From NCBI RefSeq assembly GCF_006345805.1, contig NC_043014.1, forward strand, positions 38,378,001 to 38,442,000: 64,000 nucleotides of DNA, given 5' to 3'. Position numbers and translations under genes: made by a program. Each line of letters begins with the position of its first letter. Within the stretch, counting starts at the first letter, position 1. Origin of the DNA: Octopus sinensis (lineage: Eukaryota). A model generated the notes under the pieces. The model was not told where the DNA came from. It did not search any database and saw only the letters and a program-made list of their open reading frames with translations. Shown here piece after piece: positions 25,396-36,981 of the stretch.

Positions 25396-26608
25396 CTAGC
25401 AGAATTGCCCGGCGATCCTCGGGGCTGAATTGCTTGAAAGTACTGCTAATGATTGCACTGAATTATGATGACTATTCAGGCAAATATTGATATAAGTTTA
25501 CGGTGGGAGATAAGGACTTAACGATCAAACGTGTGCCATTGCATTGTTTTGGGGGAACCAAATTTCTAATGAGCATTATAGGGGCACCAACTTTAAGTTT
25601 GAGAATGTGTGGTGGTAGTCCGGGGGGCTCAAAGGAATTGAGTACCTCTATAGGATAGTTGATGACGTCCTCTGGGTCAGAAGTTGTATCGATAGACTTA
25701 TATACATAGACATCCCCAGCAATGAATTTTAGCATTTCATCATTAATATGGTGAACAGTTTTATTCCTCGGGGCCAGAATAGCCCTTTGGCCAATCCAAT
25801 CCATTTTCTGATAATTAGCTTGTAGATCTGGGAACACTGCATCTCTGAGATCAGAAGGCGTTTTAACAATGGTACAAATGGAATCGATGGCAATATTACC
25901 ATTTTCATCCCCTGGTATTTTGCCTTCGCCGAGTGCAAAAGTACGTACTGGTGGGGGTCGACTTCTTTGATTAAGCCCCTTCAAATTGATGCCCCAGAAT
26001 GGCTGCTTTCCAATGAGAGAAACAAGTAAGAGATAAAAGATATGATAAGAGAAAGTTACCCGAGGAATTAGCATACGTTAAAGACGAGCTAATTTCGATT
26101 TTTGATGGTAACTTGGTTGCAGGAATGTCTGTGCGTTTAAGAAGCTGTTTCGCAACTATGTGGTTATGGATTGACCGCCCCCTTTTTACGTAGCACTGCA
26201 CAACAATTTCAATAAGGTCTGATCTCCGATCAAGGGATAACTTTTGCACTTCTTCCTGTGAAGTAGGTCATGGACACCCTTATAATTTTAAGACTTCAAA
26301 ATATATTTAATATAAACTCAAGGCACCCTTTGTGTTGCGGAATCGTTGCATTCCTGAAAATATTTCCGTAACATGGAGTTCCGTAACGAGAAACCCACTT
26401 ATCACTGGCTTTCTCGTTGCATAGACGTTAAAGTGAGAGGAATATATTTTGCGTCACGAAATCCTACACCGCGGCAAAGTTCTCAAGAATGCCATACTGT
26501 GATAAAGCGAAGGGTGCCTATATTTCATTCCATGTTTATATTCGTAGAAAGGGCTGGAAAGTTACAAGGAATAATATTTATAAATCTGATAATATGAATA
26601 TCGTTAGA
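25396..26608 (-). mobile_element. Internally deleted Helitron with PIF1-type helicase fragment, in peroxidase intron 11
   Basis: 5' A|TC at 26608; 3' GC-rich hairpin then CTAG|T at 25396. ORF 25472-26074 contains RAILAPRNKTVHHIN...YPIEVLNSFEPPGLPPHILKLKVGAPIMLIRNL...CNGTRLIV (Helitron helicase). Confidence 0.9.
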
Positions 26609-26653
26609 TATTGATTTCTAATATTGGTACTAGGCATTACTTGGATGTGAATG

Positions 26654-26718
<65 letters not shown>

Positions 26719-26947
26719 CAGACAGACAGAGCGGGGGAGGAGGAGAAAGAGGAAGGAAGATAAAGAGAAGTGAGAGAGAGAGGGGGAGAGAGAAAGAGAA
26801 AAGGAGAGAAAGAAAGAAAGAAAGAAAGAGGGACGGAGGGAGAGAAGGATGAAAGAAAAGGTGAGAGAAAGCAAGAGGGAGAGTGAGATAGAAAGAAAGA
26901 GGGAGAGAGTAAAATGGAGAAAGAGAGAGAGAGAGAGAGGAACTCAC

Positions 26948-27160
26948 TCGTAAAGTTGTGAGAGAAGGTTTTGATTTTCTTCAGTGTGATCTACGAGGTC
27001 TGTGAAGTTTTCAGGAACAGACAATCCACACCACTGTCTCCAAGCTGTGTATGATGGGAGTCCATTATCACGTCCTTGCTGGATATTTAGTGCAGCTAAA
27101 TCCCAGCCATTTCCTGGGGCTGTTTCAACTAATCTGTTGGTTAGATCTTCTGTCATCAGT
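26948..27160 (-). CDS. Peroxidase-family gene, exon 11
   Basis: tttttttgtag|...ACGA|gtgagt, 213 nt. Contains DLAALNIQQGRDNGLPSYTAWRQWCGL. Confidence 0.95.
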
Positions 27161-27340
27161 CTACAAAAAAAAAAACGTAATTTAGTACATATAATGGCTA
27201 CCATAACTGTTGTTATTTAGTTCAGCTCCGTTGGAACCGAGAAGACTTATGGTCAAAGGCATTCTAGCAGTTACAGTCTTATATGTCTTCATTTCTTTTA
27301 ACTATTTTGTTACCATATTTCATTTCAAATACTCTGCGCT

Positions 27341-27494
27341 TTTTTGTTGTGTCTGGGAAGAGTCATTCTCTTATAGTGCCTTATCATTTAACACACTCAC
27401 CGGTAAAGTTTCCACTCATGAGTAGAAACTTTACCGGTGAGTGTGTTAAATGATAATGTACTAAAAGAGAATGACTCTCCTCAGACGCAAAAAA
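27341..27494. repeat. Loopless near-perfect palindrome, ~77-bp arms
   Basis: Centre ...tttccactca|tgagtagaaa... at 27418/27419; only a handful of mismatches across the arms. Confidence 0.9.
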
Positions 27495-28044
27495 TATGCT
27501 TCAACACACGAACTCACATAAAGAATCTTGCAAACCAAATCCAAAAGTGAAATACACTGCTTCTATTTCTATAAAATAACAAACCTGTTCATTTATAACG
27601 TAATTATTCTTAAACGCTCTAACAAAATGTAAAAGACGAAAAGAATCGAACTATGTCTCCCGACAGTAACTTATAAAAAGAAAAATTATTTTGAAAATTT
27701 CTTCGGTTTTCAAAGTTTTAACACAAAATAATTACTTTAAACAAGTAATTACGTGTCGATAAAGAAATAGAAAACAGGTGTTTCTAAAATTTGTATTTAG
27801 GTGAAAGATAGGTTTAAATTAACGTAAATCAAGACGGCAGTAATATATTTACTTATTTCTCGGTCGTTGAGAGAAAGGTTTTAATGTAGCTTCTGTCGGA
27901 AATCCGCTTTTAAACTTTCAAAATGATACACTTACTCCTTCAGAAGGCCGCAAGTTCTCGGTGTCAGGAATGAAGTTCTTTGACAAAAAGAACCTCAATA
28001 TCGACTATAAAAATACTCAAACACTATAAGGGAGATGTAATTAT

Positions 28045-28272
28045 ACCTATTTCTTTACTGCCTACAAGGGGCTACACAGAGGGGACAAACAAGGACAGAT
28101 AAACGGATTAAGTCGATTATATCGACCCCAGTGCGTAACTGGTACTTAATTTATCGACCCCGAAAGGATGAAAGGCAAAGTCGACCACGGCGGAATTTGA
28201 ACTCAGAACGCAACGGCAGACGAAATACCGCTAAGCATTTCGCCCGGCGCGCTAACGATTCTGCCAGCTCGC
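28045..28272 (-). mobile_element. tRNA-derived SINE family C, representative copy
   Basis: Head gcgagctggcagaatcgttagc..gttctgagttcaaattccgcc, tail gtagtaaagaaataggtat. Many copies, e.g. about 345-570, 4178-4410, 18655-18862, 32570-34305, 61571-62460. Confidence 0.85.
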
Positions 28273-28433
28273 AGGGAGATGTAATTATACCGTTATTCGA
28301 TACTCGCTGAAACATCCCCTCGGAGGATGTTGTTTCAGCGGATATTGAATAACGCATCATGATAGGTTACACTATGTATGAAAACTCAAGCATCTTTGCT
28401 CTTAGCGCTATTATCCTCAACAAATGGTTTTAC

Positions 28434-28902
28434 CTGTCAACTTCTTGTGCCAAATCAGAGGTAAGTCCTCGGTAAACTAAAGTAGGGGCATCGGTTTCTC
28501 CATAGAAAACATCTGCGTTATAGTACAAGGAAATAAGAGCATTCTGAGTTTCTCCAATGGTAATAAGGCCTCTAATTCCGGAGTGACTGTAGATAATACC
28601 AGCGGCGCCGAAACCATTACGAATAGCAGGATTGATGTTGCCTATGTACAAGGAGTAACCCTCTGTAAGTGAGTTCAGATTGTAGGTGTTCATAAATTCA
28701 GGGCCGAGTACTTTGGGTAGATATTCGTCGTATGCAATGTGTTGCATCTCAGAAATGACGATTTTGCGAGCTTCTTGAAAGACGACTTCGTCGGTCCAAT
28801 CTGGGTGGCCGGTGCTCAGCGCGTTAGCTATGCGGTTGTGTTCTCGAAGGAAGAGGGTGTGTTGGGACATCATCATAGGTTGTACATTAACTCGGTTATC
28901 AC
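28434..28902 (-). CDS. Peroxidase-family gene, exon 10 (distal Arg, proximal His)
   Basis: cccctgcttcag|...ACAG|gtaaaa, 469 nt. Encodes GDNRVNVQP...HTLFLREHNRIA...FQEARKIVISEMQHIAYDEYLP...FGAAGIIYSHS. Confidence 0.97.
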
Positions 28903-29002
28903 CTGAAGCAGGGGAAAAACATAGCAAAAATAAAAGCAAACAAAAAGCATGTTAAAATGAGTGAAGTGTTATATTGATATGAAACAGTAATGGAAATAGA
29001 TA

Positions 29003-29229
29003 CAGGGCGCGGCAGAAAGGTTGCCCCGATTTCAATGGTTAATGAAAAGAACAAATACTTGAAGGTACAAGAAAAAACGTTCTCCACTCCAGGCAATGGT
29101 GGATACTTCCTAAAACGGAAAAAATGGCAAGTAATGAACTTCTTAGAAATCTAAGGTTTTTTCATGCATCTTCCGGTGTGTATTTTTTATTAATCATTGA
29201 AATCAGGGTGTCCTTTCTGCCGCACCCTG
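29003..29229. mobile_element. Tc1/mariner-type MITE, peroxidase intron 9
   Basis: TA|CAGGGCGCGGCAGAAAGG ... CCTTTCTGCCGCACCCTG|TA. The imperfect TIR extends to about 45 bp. Confidence 0.8.
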
Positions 29230-29513
29230 TATATTGTAAATGTATTGATGACGTAAACTTGTATCGGATTCCTCGAAATTCAAGATTTTACTTTATAAAT
29301 CACGTATTTATTACAGAAAAGGCCTGTTAGTCAAGTGTCATTGTTATTTAGCAATTGCCTGGAGCAGTGGAGTAGTGGTTAAGGTTGGACTACCCGAACA
29401 CTATGTGTTCATGTATTGAAACTCGCTCGCAAAGGATTTTATATATCTGCCTATCTCTCCCTTTCTTTCAATCTATCTATCTCGTCCCACATATGCACAC
29501 ACACTTGCACACA

Positions 29514-29551
<38 letters not shown>

Positions 29552-29746
29552 CACACACACACACACACACACATACATAAATGCGAATAGAGTGGGAGAA
29601 AAGCGGTAGAGGTAGAAACATGGTCCTTTACGTATGTAGCAGAACAAACAACTGAATTAAAGAATTCCATTTGATGGGGTTTTTTTATGACACACATCAT
29701 CCAAATATTGAAGTAAATTGGTATTTTTCATTGACAAATCATTTTA

Positions 29747-29785
<39 letters not shown>

Positions 29786-30686
29786 CGCACACACACACAG
29801 AGAGAGGCTTTCACACAGTTATCGTTTAGCAGATTCACTGACAAGTCATTTGTCGGCCTGGAGCTATAGTAGAAAGCGCTTGCTCAAGGTGCCGCGCAGT
29901 GGGACCGAACCCAAAGTCACGTGTTTGCAAAGCAAGTTACTTAAGTATACCACCTATAAGGAAAGATCAGTGCTCAAGATCCTTTAAAGGGTTTCCGATA
30001 ATGTTGGAAGAAAGGGAGGAAGGTATTCTAGTCCCGGAGACCTGACCCCAATGTTTACAACAGAGTCGACTCCGCTGAAGGCCACGAAGGGTCAGGTGGG
30101 GGTGTTAAACCGGGTGACGCTTGGAGTCTACCAATTAAGTTGGCCGTAATGAGATTTGAACCCAGAACCCTCAGAGGTGGAACGAATATCGCAAGGTATT
30201 TGGTCCCACACTCCAACGTTTCTGCCAGTCTACTGCTCTAGTTCTGATACTTTATATATCGACCCCACCGAAGGATAAAATGCCTGATTAACTTCGGTGG
30301 ATTTGAACTCTGAACGCAAGGACCCTGAATAATTACTGCAGTGCATTTCATCGACGTCCCTAAGGTGAGTCCACATTACACTGTAAGGAGCATAAGGATG
30401 AAGCATAAGGATAATTTCCCCGGTTTCTCTGATATATATACACCTCCCTGCACGGGTCGCTAGTCCGTCGCAGGATTACTCATTTTTACCAGACGAGTGG
30501 ACTGGAGCAACGTGAAATGAAGTGCTTCGCTAAAAAAAACAAAAAAAACAACGAACCGCCCGGCTCAGGAATCGAAATACCAATCTAACGATCATGAATC
30601 CAACACTCTAACCACTAGGCCATGCGCTTCCCTAAAGACTGCTGATTCTGTTAAAATATACACTGATAGTTAAGAGAATAACCCAC

Positions 30687-30785
30687 CTCCAATGAAGCAG
30701 AGGTTTCCTTCAGAGGCAAGACAGAATGTGGTGTTAGACTGGGGCAGAAGGTCGAGATCATCAGTTGAGGTTGATCTCATTAGTC
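30687..30785 (-). CDS. Peroxidase-family gene, exon 9
   Basis: tatatttgcag|...GGAG|gtgggt, 99 nt. Encodes GLMRSTSTDDLDLLPQSNTTFCLASEGNLCFIG. Confidence 0.92.
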
Positions 30786-31513
30786 CTGCAAATATACAAG
30801 AAAAAAAAATTTAAATCGATCTCATAAGAACGAATACAAATTATATATACATACACGGGTACGTACGCATAAATAGAAATACTCTCTCTCTCACACAAAC
30901 ACAAGGAAAAGACATGATAGGCATAACATACAGTTTAAACTAGTCGTTTCCTACGTGCGTTTCGCCATTGTGGATAGTTGCATCTTCTGCGATATGTATT
31001 CATAGTGCATGGCTGTATTTCCGTGACTTTATTGGAAGTAGATTGGGTGCTGATACTCTTCACGTGGACCTTTATATATTCACCTGTAGCAGTCGTACAT
31101 CAGACAGCACACTCAGGAACTACTATATATATATAATGACTTTTAAACACCAATGATTCATTTCTCAATGTTAATTATTGGTCCATTTATTATCTTCTCT
31201 TTCTCTTTCTGTGTATATATATATGTATGTATGTATGCATGTATGTATGCATGTATGTATGTATGTATGCTATACAGATAGATATATGTATGTTTTTATT
31301 AATTTTTTTGTTTCAGTCATTTAACTGCCGCCATGCTGGAGCACCGCCTTTAGTCGAACAAATCGACCCCACGACTTATTCTTTGTAAGCTTAGTATTTA
31401 TTCTATCGGGCTGTCTTGCCGAACCGCCAAGTCACGGGGACGTAAACACACCAGCATCGCTTGTCAAGCGATGCTGGGGGGACAAACACAGACACACAAA
31501 CACATACATACGT

Positions 31514-31571
<58 letters not shown>

Positions 31572-31733
31572 GGCGGGCTTCTTTCAGTTTCCGTCTACCA
31601 AATCCACTCACAAGGCTTTGGTCGACCCGAGACTATAGTAGAAGACACTTGCCCAAGGTGCCACGCAGTGGGACTGAACTCAGAACCATGTGGTTGGTAA
31701 GCAAGCTACTTACCACACAACCACTCCTACATG

Positions 31734-31765
<32 letters not shown>

Positions 31766-31987
31766 TGTATGTATGTATATATGTATGTTGTTATGTGTGC
31801 GTGGATATGCATACGCACGAGTGTGTGAACAAAACGAAAGTAGCACTCGATTCAGCCCCACATTACTATCAAGTTTCTTGGATGTAGGACATGTCTACTT
31901 CATCGGATATTCCGAGGAGGCATTTATCAAAAGGGGCCACCACATGCACTCTCCCTCCCCCAACTCACCCACAAACATAAAACTTAC

Positions 31988-32089
31988 CACCAGTCATTGT
32001 CCTCAGTGTGGTTTGTCTGGTCAAATCAGAACCATACACCTGAGATGCATCTATGAAGCTAGTCGCACCGTTCAACTGTTCGCGTGGAC
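31988..32089 (-). CDS. Peroxidase-family gene, exon 8 (Ca-binding loop)
   Basis: catatttcag|...GGTG|gtaagt, 102 nt. Encodes GPREQLNGATSFIDASQVYGSDLTRQTTLRTMTG. Confidence 0.95.
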
Positions 32090-33459
32090 CTGAAATATGA
32101 TAACGAAAGAAACTGTTTTACAAACTGTTACACACATCAACAAAACGACATTCATGATACTGATTTCAAATTTCGGCACAAGGCCAGCAATTTAAGGGGG
32201 AGAGACTAAGTCGATTACATCGACCCCAGGGCTCAACTGGTACTTATTTCATTGACCCTGAAAGAATGAAAGTTAAAATCGACCAGGGTCTCTAGAATCA
32301 GTAAGGAGAAACGATGAGCCAATTCTTCGTCAGGTTTTCTACAACTTTCTCACCAAGATTACTATTGCACTTTTGAAGCCACAAAGATTCATAAATTAGA
32401 AATAAGTAAATAAATACATATACATCGCATCTGGACATTTGAAATGCTTGTCGAAACTAAAGCTGCTGTTAGCAAGCAGCATCTAAATTCGTGAGTTGTT
32501 TTGCTATTTGCTTTTTATATTTTTCGAAAAAAAGCAACATTTTTATTAATTTTTCCTCAGACAAATATTATACATAATCTTTTCTACTCTAGTCACAAGG
32601 CCCGACATTTTGGGGAGAGGGCCAGTCGATTAGGTCGATCCCAGTACGCATCTGGAACTTTATTTATCAACCCCGAAAGGATAAAAGGCAAAGCCGACCC
32701 GGGCGGAATTTGAACTCAGAGCGTAAAGACAGGCGAAATACCGCTAAGCATTTCGCCCCGTGTGCTAACGTTTCTGCCAGCTCGCCGCCTTAAAGATTAT
32801 ACATAATCTTTTCTACTCTAGGCAGAAGGTCTGAAATTTTTGGGGAGGGGACCAGTCGATTAGGTCGATTCCAGTACGCAAATGGAACTTAATTTATCGA
32901 CCCCGAAAGGATAAAAGGCAAAGTCGACCTCGGCGGAATTTGAACTCAGAACGTAGACAGACGAAATACTGCTAAGCATTTCGCCTAGCGTGTTAACATT
33001 TCTACCAGTTCGCCGCCTTAAATATTATAAATAATTTTTTCTACTCTAGGCAGAAGGTCTGAAATTTTGGGGGAGGGGGCCAGTCGATTAGATCGACCCC
33101 AGTAGGCAACTAGTACTTAATTTTTCGACTCCGAAAGGATGAAAGGCAAAGTCTGGGTGGAATTTCAACTCAGAACGTAAAGAAAGACGAAATACCTATT
33201 TCTTTACTACCCACAAGGGGCTAAACACAGAGAAGACAAACAAGGACAGACAAACGGATTAAGTCGATTATATCGACCCCAGTGCGTAACTGGTACTTAT
33301 TTAATCGACCCCAAAAGGATGAAAGGCAAAGTCGACCTCGGCGGAATTTGAACTCAGAACGTAACTTCAGACGAAATACGGATACGCATTTCGCCCGGCG
33401 TGCTAACGTTTCTGCCAGCTCGCCGCTTTAAAGATTATAAATAATGTAAGCATACTTAC

Positions 33460-33575
33460 CCAAAGCGCAGGAAAGTGGGGGAGTGGCTAGGCTACGGGTG
33501 TATGCCATGCATGTTCTACTGTATTGAGCGAAAAAGGGATCGTCTTCTGGGATGGCGATAGGAAAGCAGATGTCG
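33460..33575 (-). CDS. Peroxidase-family gene, exon 7
   Basis: atcttttcag|...TTGG|gtaagt, 116 nt. Encodes DICFPIAIPEDDPFFAQYSRTCMAYTRSLATPPLSCAL. Confidence 0.95.
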
Positions 33576-35772
33576 CTGAAAAGATAAGAAATGATTTTTT
33601 AAAATTATTGTTACCGGAGGGGTAGGCTGAACAAAGTCGTTCAATATCGGAGCCATTAAAACATCAACGATATTCGTATTGCTTTCAAATTTTAGCACAA
33701 GGCCAGCAACTTCTGGTTAGGGGTAAGTCGATTACATCGACCCCAGTGCTCAATTGGTGCTTATTTTATCGACACCTCGAAAGGATGAAAGGCGGAATTT
33801 GAACTCAGCACGTAAAGACTGACGAAATGCCGCTAAGCATTTTGCCCGGCGTGCCATCGATTCTGCCAGCTCACCGTCTTCTTATCTACTATAGGTACAA
33901 GGCCTGAAATTTACATTGACCCCAGTGCTCAACTGGTACTTATTTTATCGACCCCGAAAGACTGCAAGGCAAAGTTGATCTCGGTGGAATTTGAATTCAG
34001 AACGTAAAGACGGACAAAATGCCGCTAAACGTTTTGCGCGGTGTACCAACGATTCTCCCAGCTCGCCGCCTTATTTCTTTATTGCCCACAGGGGGCTAAA
34101 TATAGAGGGGACAAACAAGGACAGACAAAGGGATTAAGTCGATGACATCGACCCCAGTGCGTAACTGGTACTTAATTTATCGACCACGAACGGATGAAAA
34201 GCAAAGTCGACCTCGGCGGAATTTGAACCCCGAACGTAAAGACAGGCGAAATACCGCTAAGCATCGCGCCCGGTGTGCTAACGATTCTGCCAGCTCGCCG
34301 CCTTACATCAACAATATTCATATCCAAGTTTGTTTTGGTATGAGAGGGATACAATTTTTTAAAAATATGAACTATCGCGTTACATGGGACAAGCCAAAGC
34401 AATAACTTGAATTTAGCACCGTAACCCAGAATGCTCATTAATTTATTGCCTCGTGTTTCCGTTTAATTACAGCAAAAGGCGGCGAATTCATATACCATTG
34501 ACCTCTTCATGGGATCGTTGAATACTTATTGGTTCCTATCATGTAAATTTCTATATTTAAAATTAAAACGTATATTTTATCTTTTACTTGTTTCAGTCAT
34601 TAGACTGCGACCATGCTAGGGTACTGTCTTGAAGAATTTCTCGTCGAATGTATCGACCCCAGTACTTTTATTCTTAGCCTGATACTTATTCTATCGGTCA
34701 CTTTTGCCGAACCGATTTTAACAAGAAATATTTGAAGAAATTTAATGAAACTACTCAACGAAATTGATAAAGAACAATAAAAATTCAGTGGTATTATATT
34801 GGTATAGTTGGACTGCTTAACGTGAAATATGTGTGGTAAATGCAAGTTATTGCATCGATATTTAGTTGAGGATCATTGAGTAAAATTACTACACTCTTCC
34901 AGATTCAGTTCGTTAACAATTCAGCCTTCTCAGGTGTTTATCAATTACATAGAAACCTCAAAGATCAATATTGATAACTTTGCCGATTACTGAATTTCAG
35001 TATTCAGCTGTAAATTCTCACCTGTTTATAACTAAGTGGAGCGTATCTTTTGAGAATTAAGTGCCTCGAAAAGAAACAAAGTGCATTGGCGGAAACGTCA
35101 GCTTCTTAACCATACACGCTTCTCATATAACACTGGGTGATTGTTGTTTAGACCTCCAGGTCAATTCTGATCAAGCGTTTCAGCATGGATCAATGAATCA
35201 CCCCTCGAAAGATGAGATGTGATTCATTGATCCATCTTCTCCTCATAAAATACCGGGTGTTGTTGTTATGACCCAGGCAGTCTCTCAAAGGACGGGGTGT
35301 GATTCATTGATCCATCGTCCCAGTTATACTGTATCTCTCTCTCTCTACCTAACTGAAGACCATTAAGTCGCTCAATCAACTGAATTTATACTCGTGAAAT
35401 TAACGTGTTAGCGGTTGAGTGTTCCGCAAACATTTGTATCTTTAATGTCATTCTCAGACCAAATCAGTGTGATGCAATGTGACATGGCTGGAGAAAATAA
35501 AGAATGTGTAGTGACTAGCGATCTATCATGGCGAATCCCGGACAGAAGGGTCACACAGGAGAACTAGGGAGAAGAGGAGGTAACAAAGTAGTGGTGATCC
35601 TAAAACGAAGGTGCGCGTGCGTGTGTATAAGAGAGGTTTTATGTGTGTGTGAAAGAGGGCTGGTGCTCTTGAGAGCAGATGCACGGTCCACGGAACGTGC
35701 TCTGGCAAGGACGATGTAGGTCATATATATAGTCCAGAGAGAAGAGGGGGAGGGAGGGAGAGAGAGATAGAG

Positions 35773-35815
<43 letters not shown>

Positions 35816-35999
35816 AAAGAATTGACTCTAGTAATGAATCGGTACTGTATTTATCGACCCCTAAAGGATGAAAGGGAAATTTAATTTGAGAGGGTTTGGA
35901 ACACAGAGAGCCAGAGAGCTGAATCGAATTCCGTCAAGTGTTCAATCTGACGCTCTGCTAATTCCGTCTGTTCTTCACCTTCAATATGGTATTACTTAC

Positions 36000-36024
36000 A
36001 TGTCGTCAGTTTCACAGCAGTCAC
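36000..36024 (-). CDS. Peroxidase-family gene, exon 6 (25-nt microexon)
   Basis: ttcttcttcttttccaccag|GTGACTGCTGTGAAACTGACGACAT|gtaagt. Encodes GDCCETDDI. The phase 1-to-2 shift is required to join exons 5 and 7. Confidence 0.88.
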
Positions 36025-36459
36025 CTGGTGGAAAAGAAGAAGAAAATAGTCGTTATTTTATAAATGGATTAAACAACACATTATACATTTAGCAAAAGAA
36101 GCAAAATAATCATCATCTAAAGATACATTGCATATTCATATAAGGCCGTATATATTTGTACAAGATCGATTAAAAATCATATAAAACTAACTAACTAACA
36201 AACTAACTGACTAACTAATTAACTCTGTGTGTGTGTGTGTGTGAGAGAGAGAGACCAATTGTATTCATATAATAGCCTATATATAGGCGTAGGAGTGGCT
36301 TTGTGGTAAGTAGCTTGCTTACCAGCCACATGGTTCCGGGTTCAGTCCCATGCGTGGCACCTTGGGCAAGTGTCTGCTACTATAGCCTCGGGCCGACCAC
36401 AGTCTTGTGAGTGGATTTGGTAGGCGGAAACTGAAAGAAGCCCGTCGTATATATGTATG

Positions 36460-36528
<69 letters not shown>

Positions 36529-36795
36529 TTGTGTGTCTGTGTTTGTTCCCTCAACATCACTTGGCAACCGATGCTGGTGTGTTTACGTCCCCGTCACTTA
36601 GCGGTTCGGCAAAAGAGACCGATAGAATAAGTACAAGGCTTACAAAGAATAAGTCCTGGGGTCGATTTGCTCGACTAAAGGCGGTGCTCCAGCATGGCCA
36701 CAGTCAAATGACTGAAGCAAGTAAAAGAGTAAGAGAGAAAGATTTAAAGAGTATATAATTAAACAAAGTCCATTGAGGTTAAGGGAAGACCTTAC

Positions 36796-36981
36796 CACTT
36801 GTTGGCATAGCAGGATAATCTTGAAGATCGTGGTTGAGGAAGACACCGAACATTGTTAGCAGATGGGTAAAATCAGGATTGACGTTTTCTTGAGTACTGG
36901 CGCCATGGAATGTTGTACTAATCAATCGGGCTCCGGGAAGGTTTCCTCCATTAACACCGGTAGCACGAGGAGCGCTGAGAT
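36796..36981 (-). CDS. Peroxidase-family gene, exon 5 (distal His)
   Basis: tttctcaatag|...AGTG|gtaagg, 186 nt. Encodes DLSAPRATGVNGGNLPGARLISTTFHG...LLTMFGVFLNHDLQDYPAMPTS. Confidence 0.95.

Noticed and set aside
31860-31910. CCGATGA...GAAAC motif on the minus strand (and CTGATGA near 24268)
   Set aside because: Extra unpaired bases or a missing GAAA and weak stems; too degenerate to call as hammerheads.
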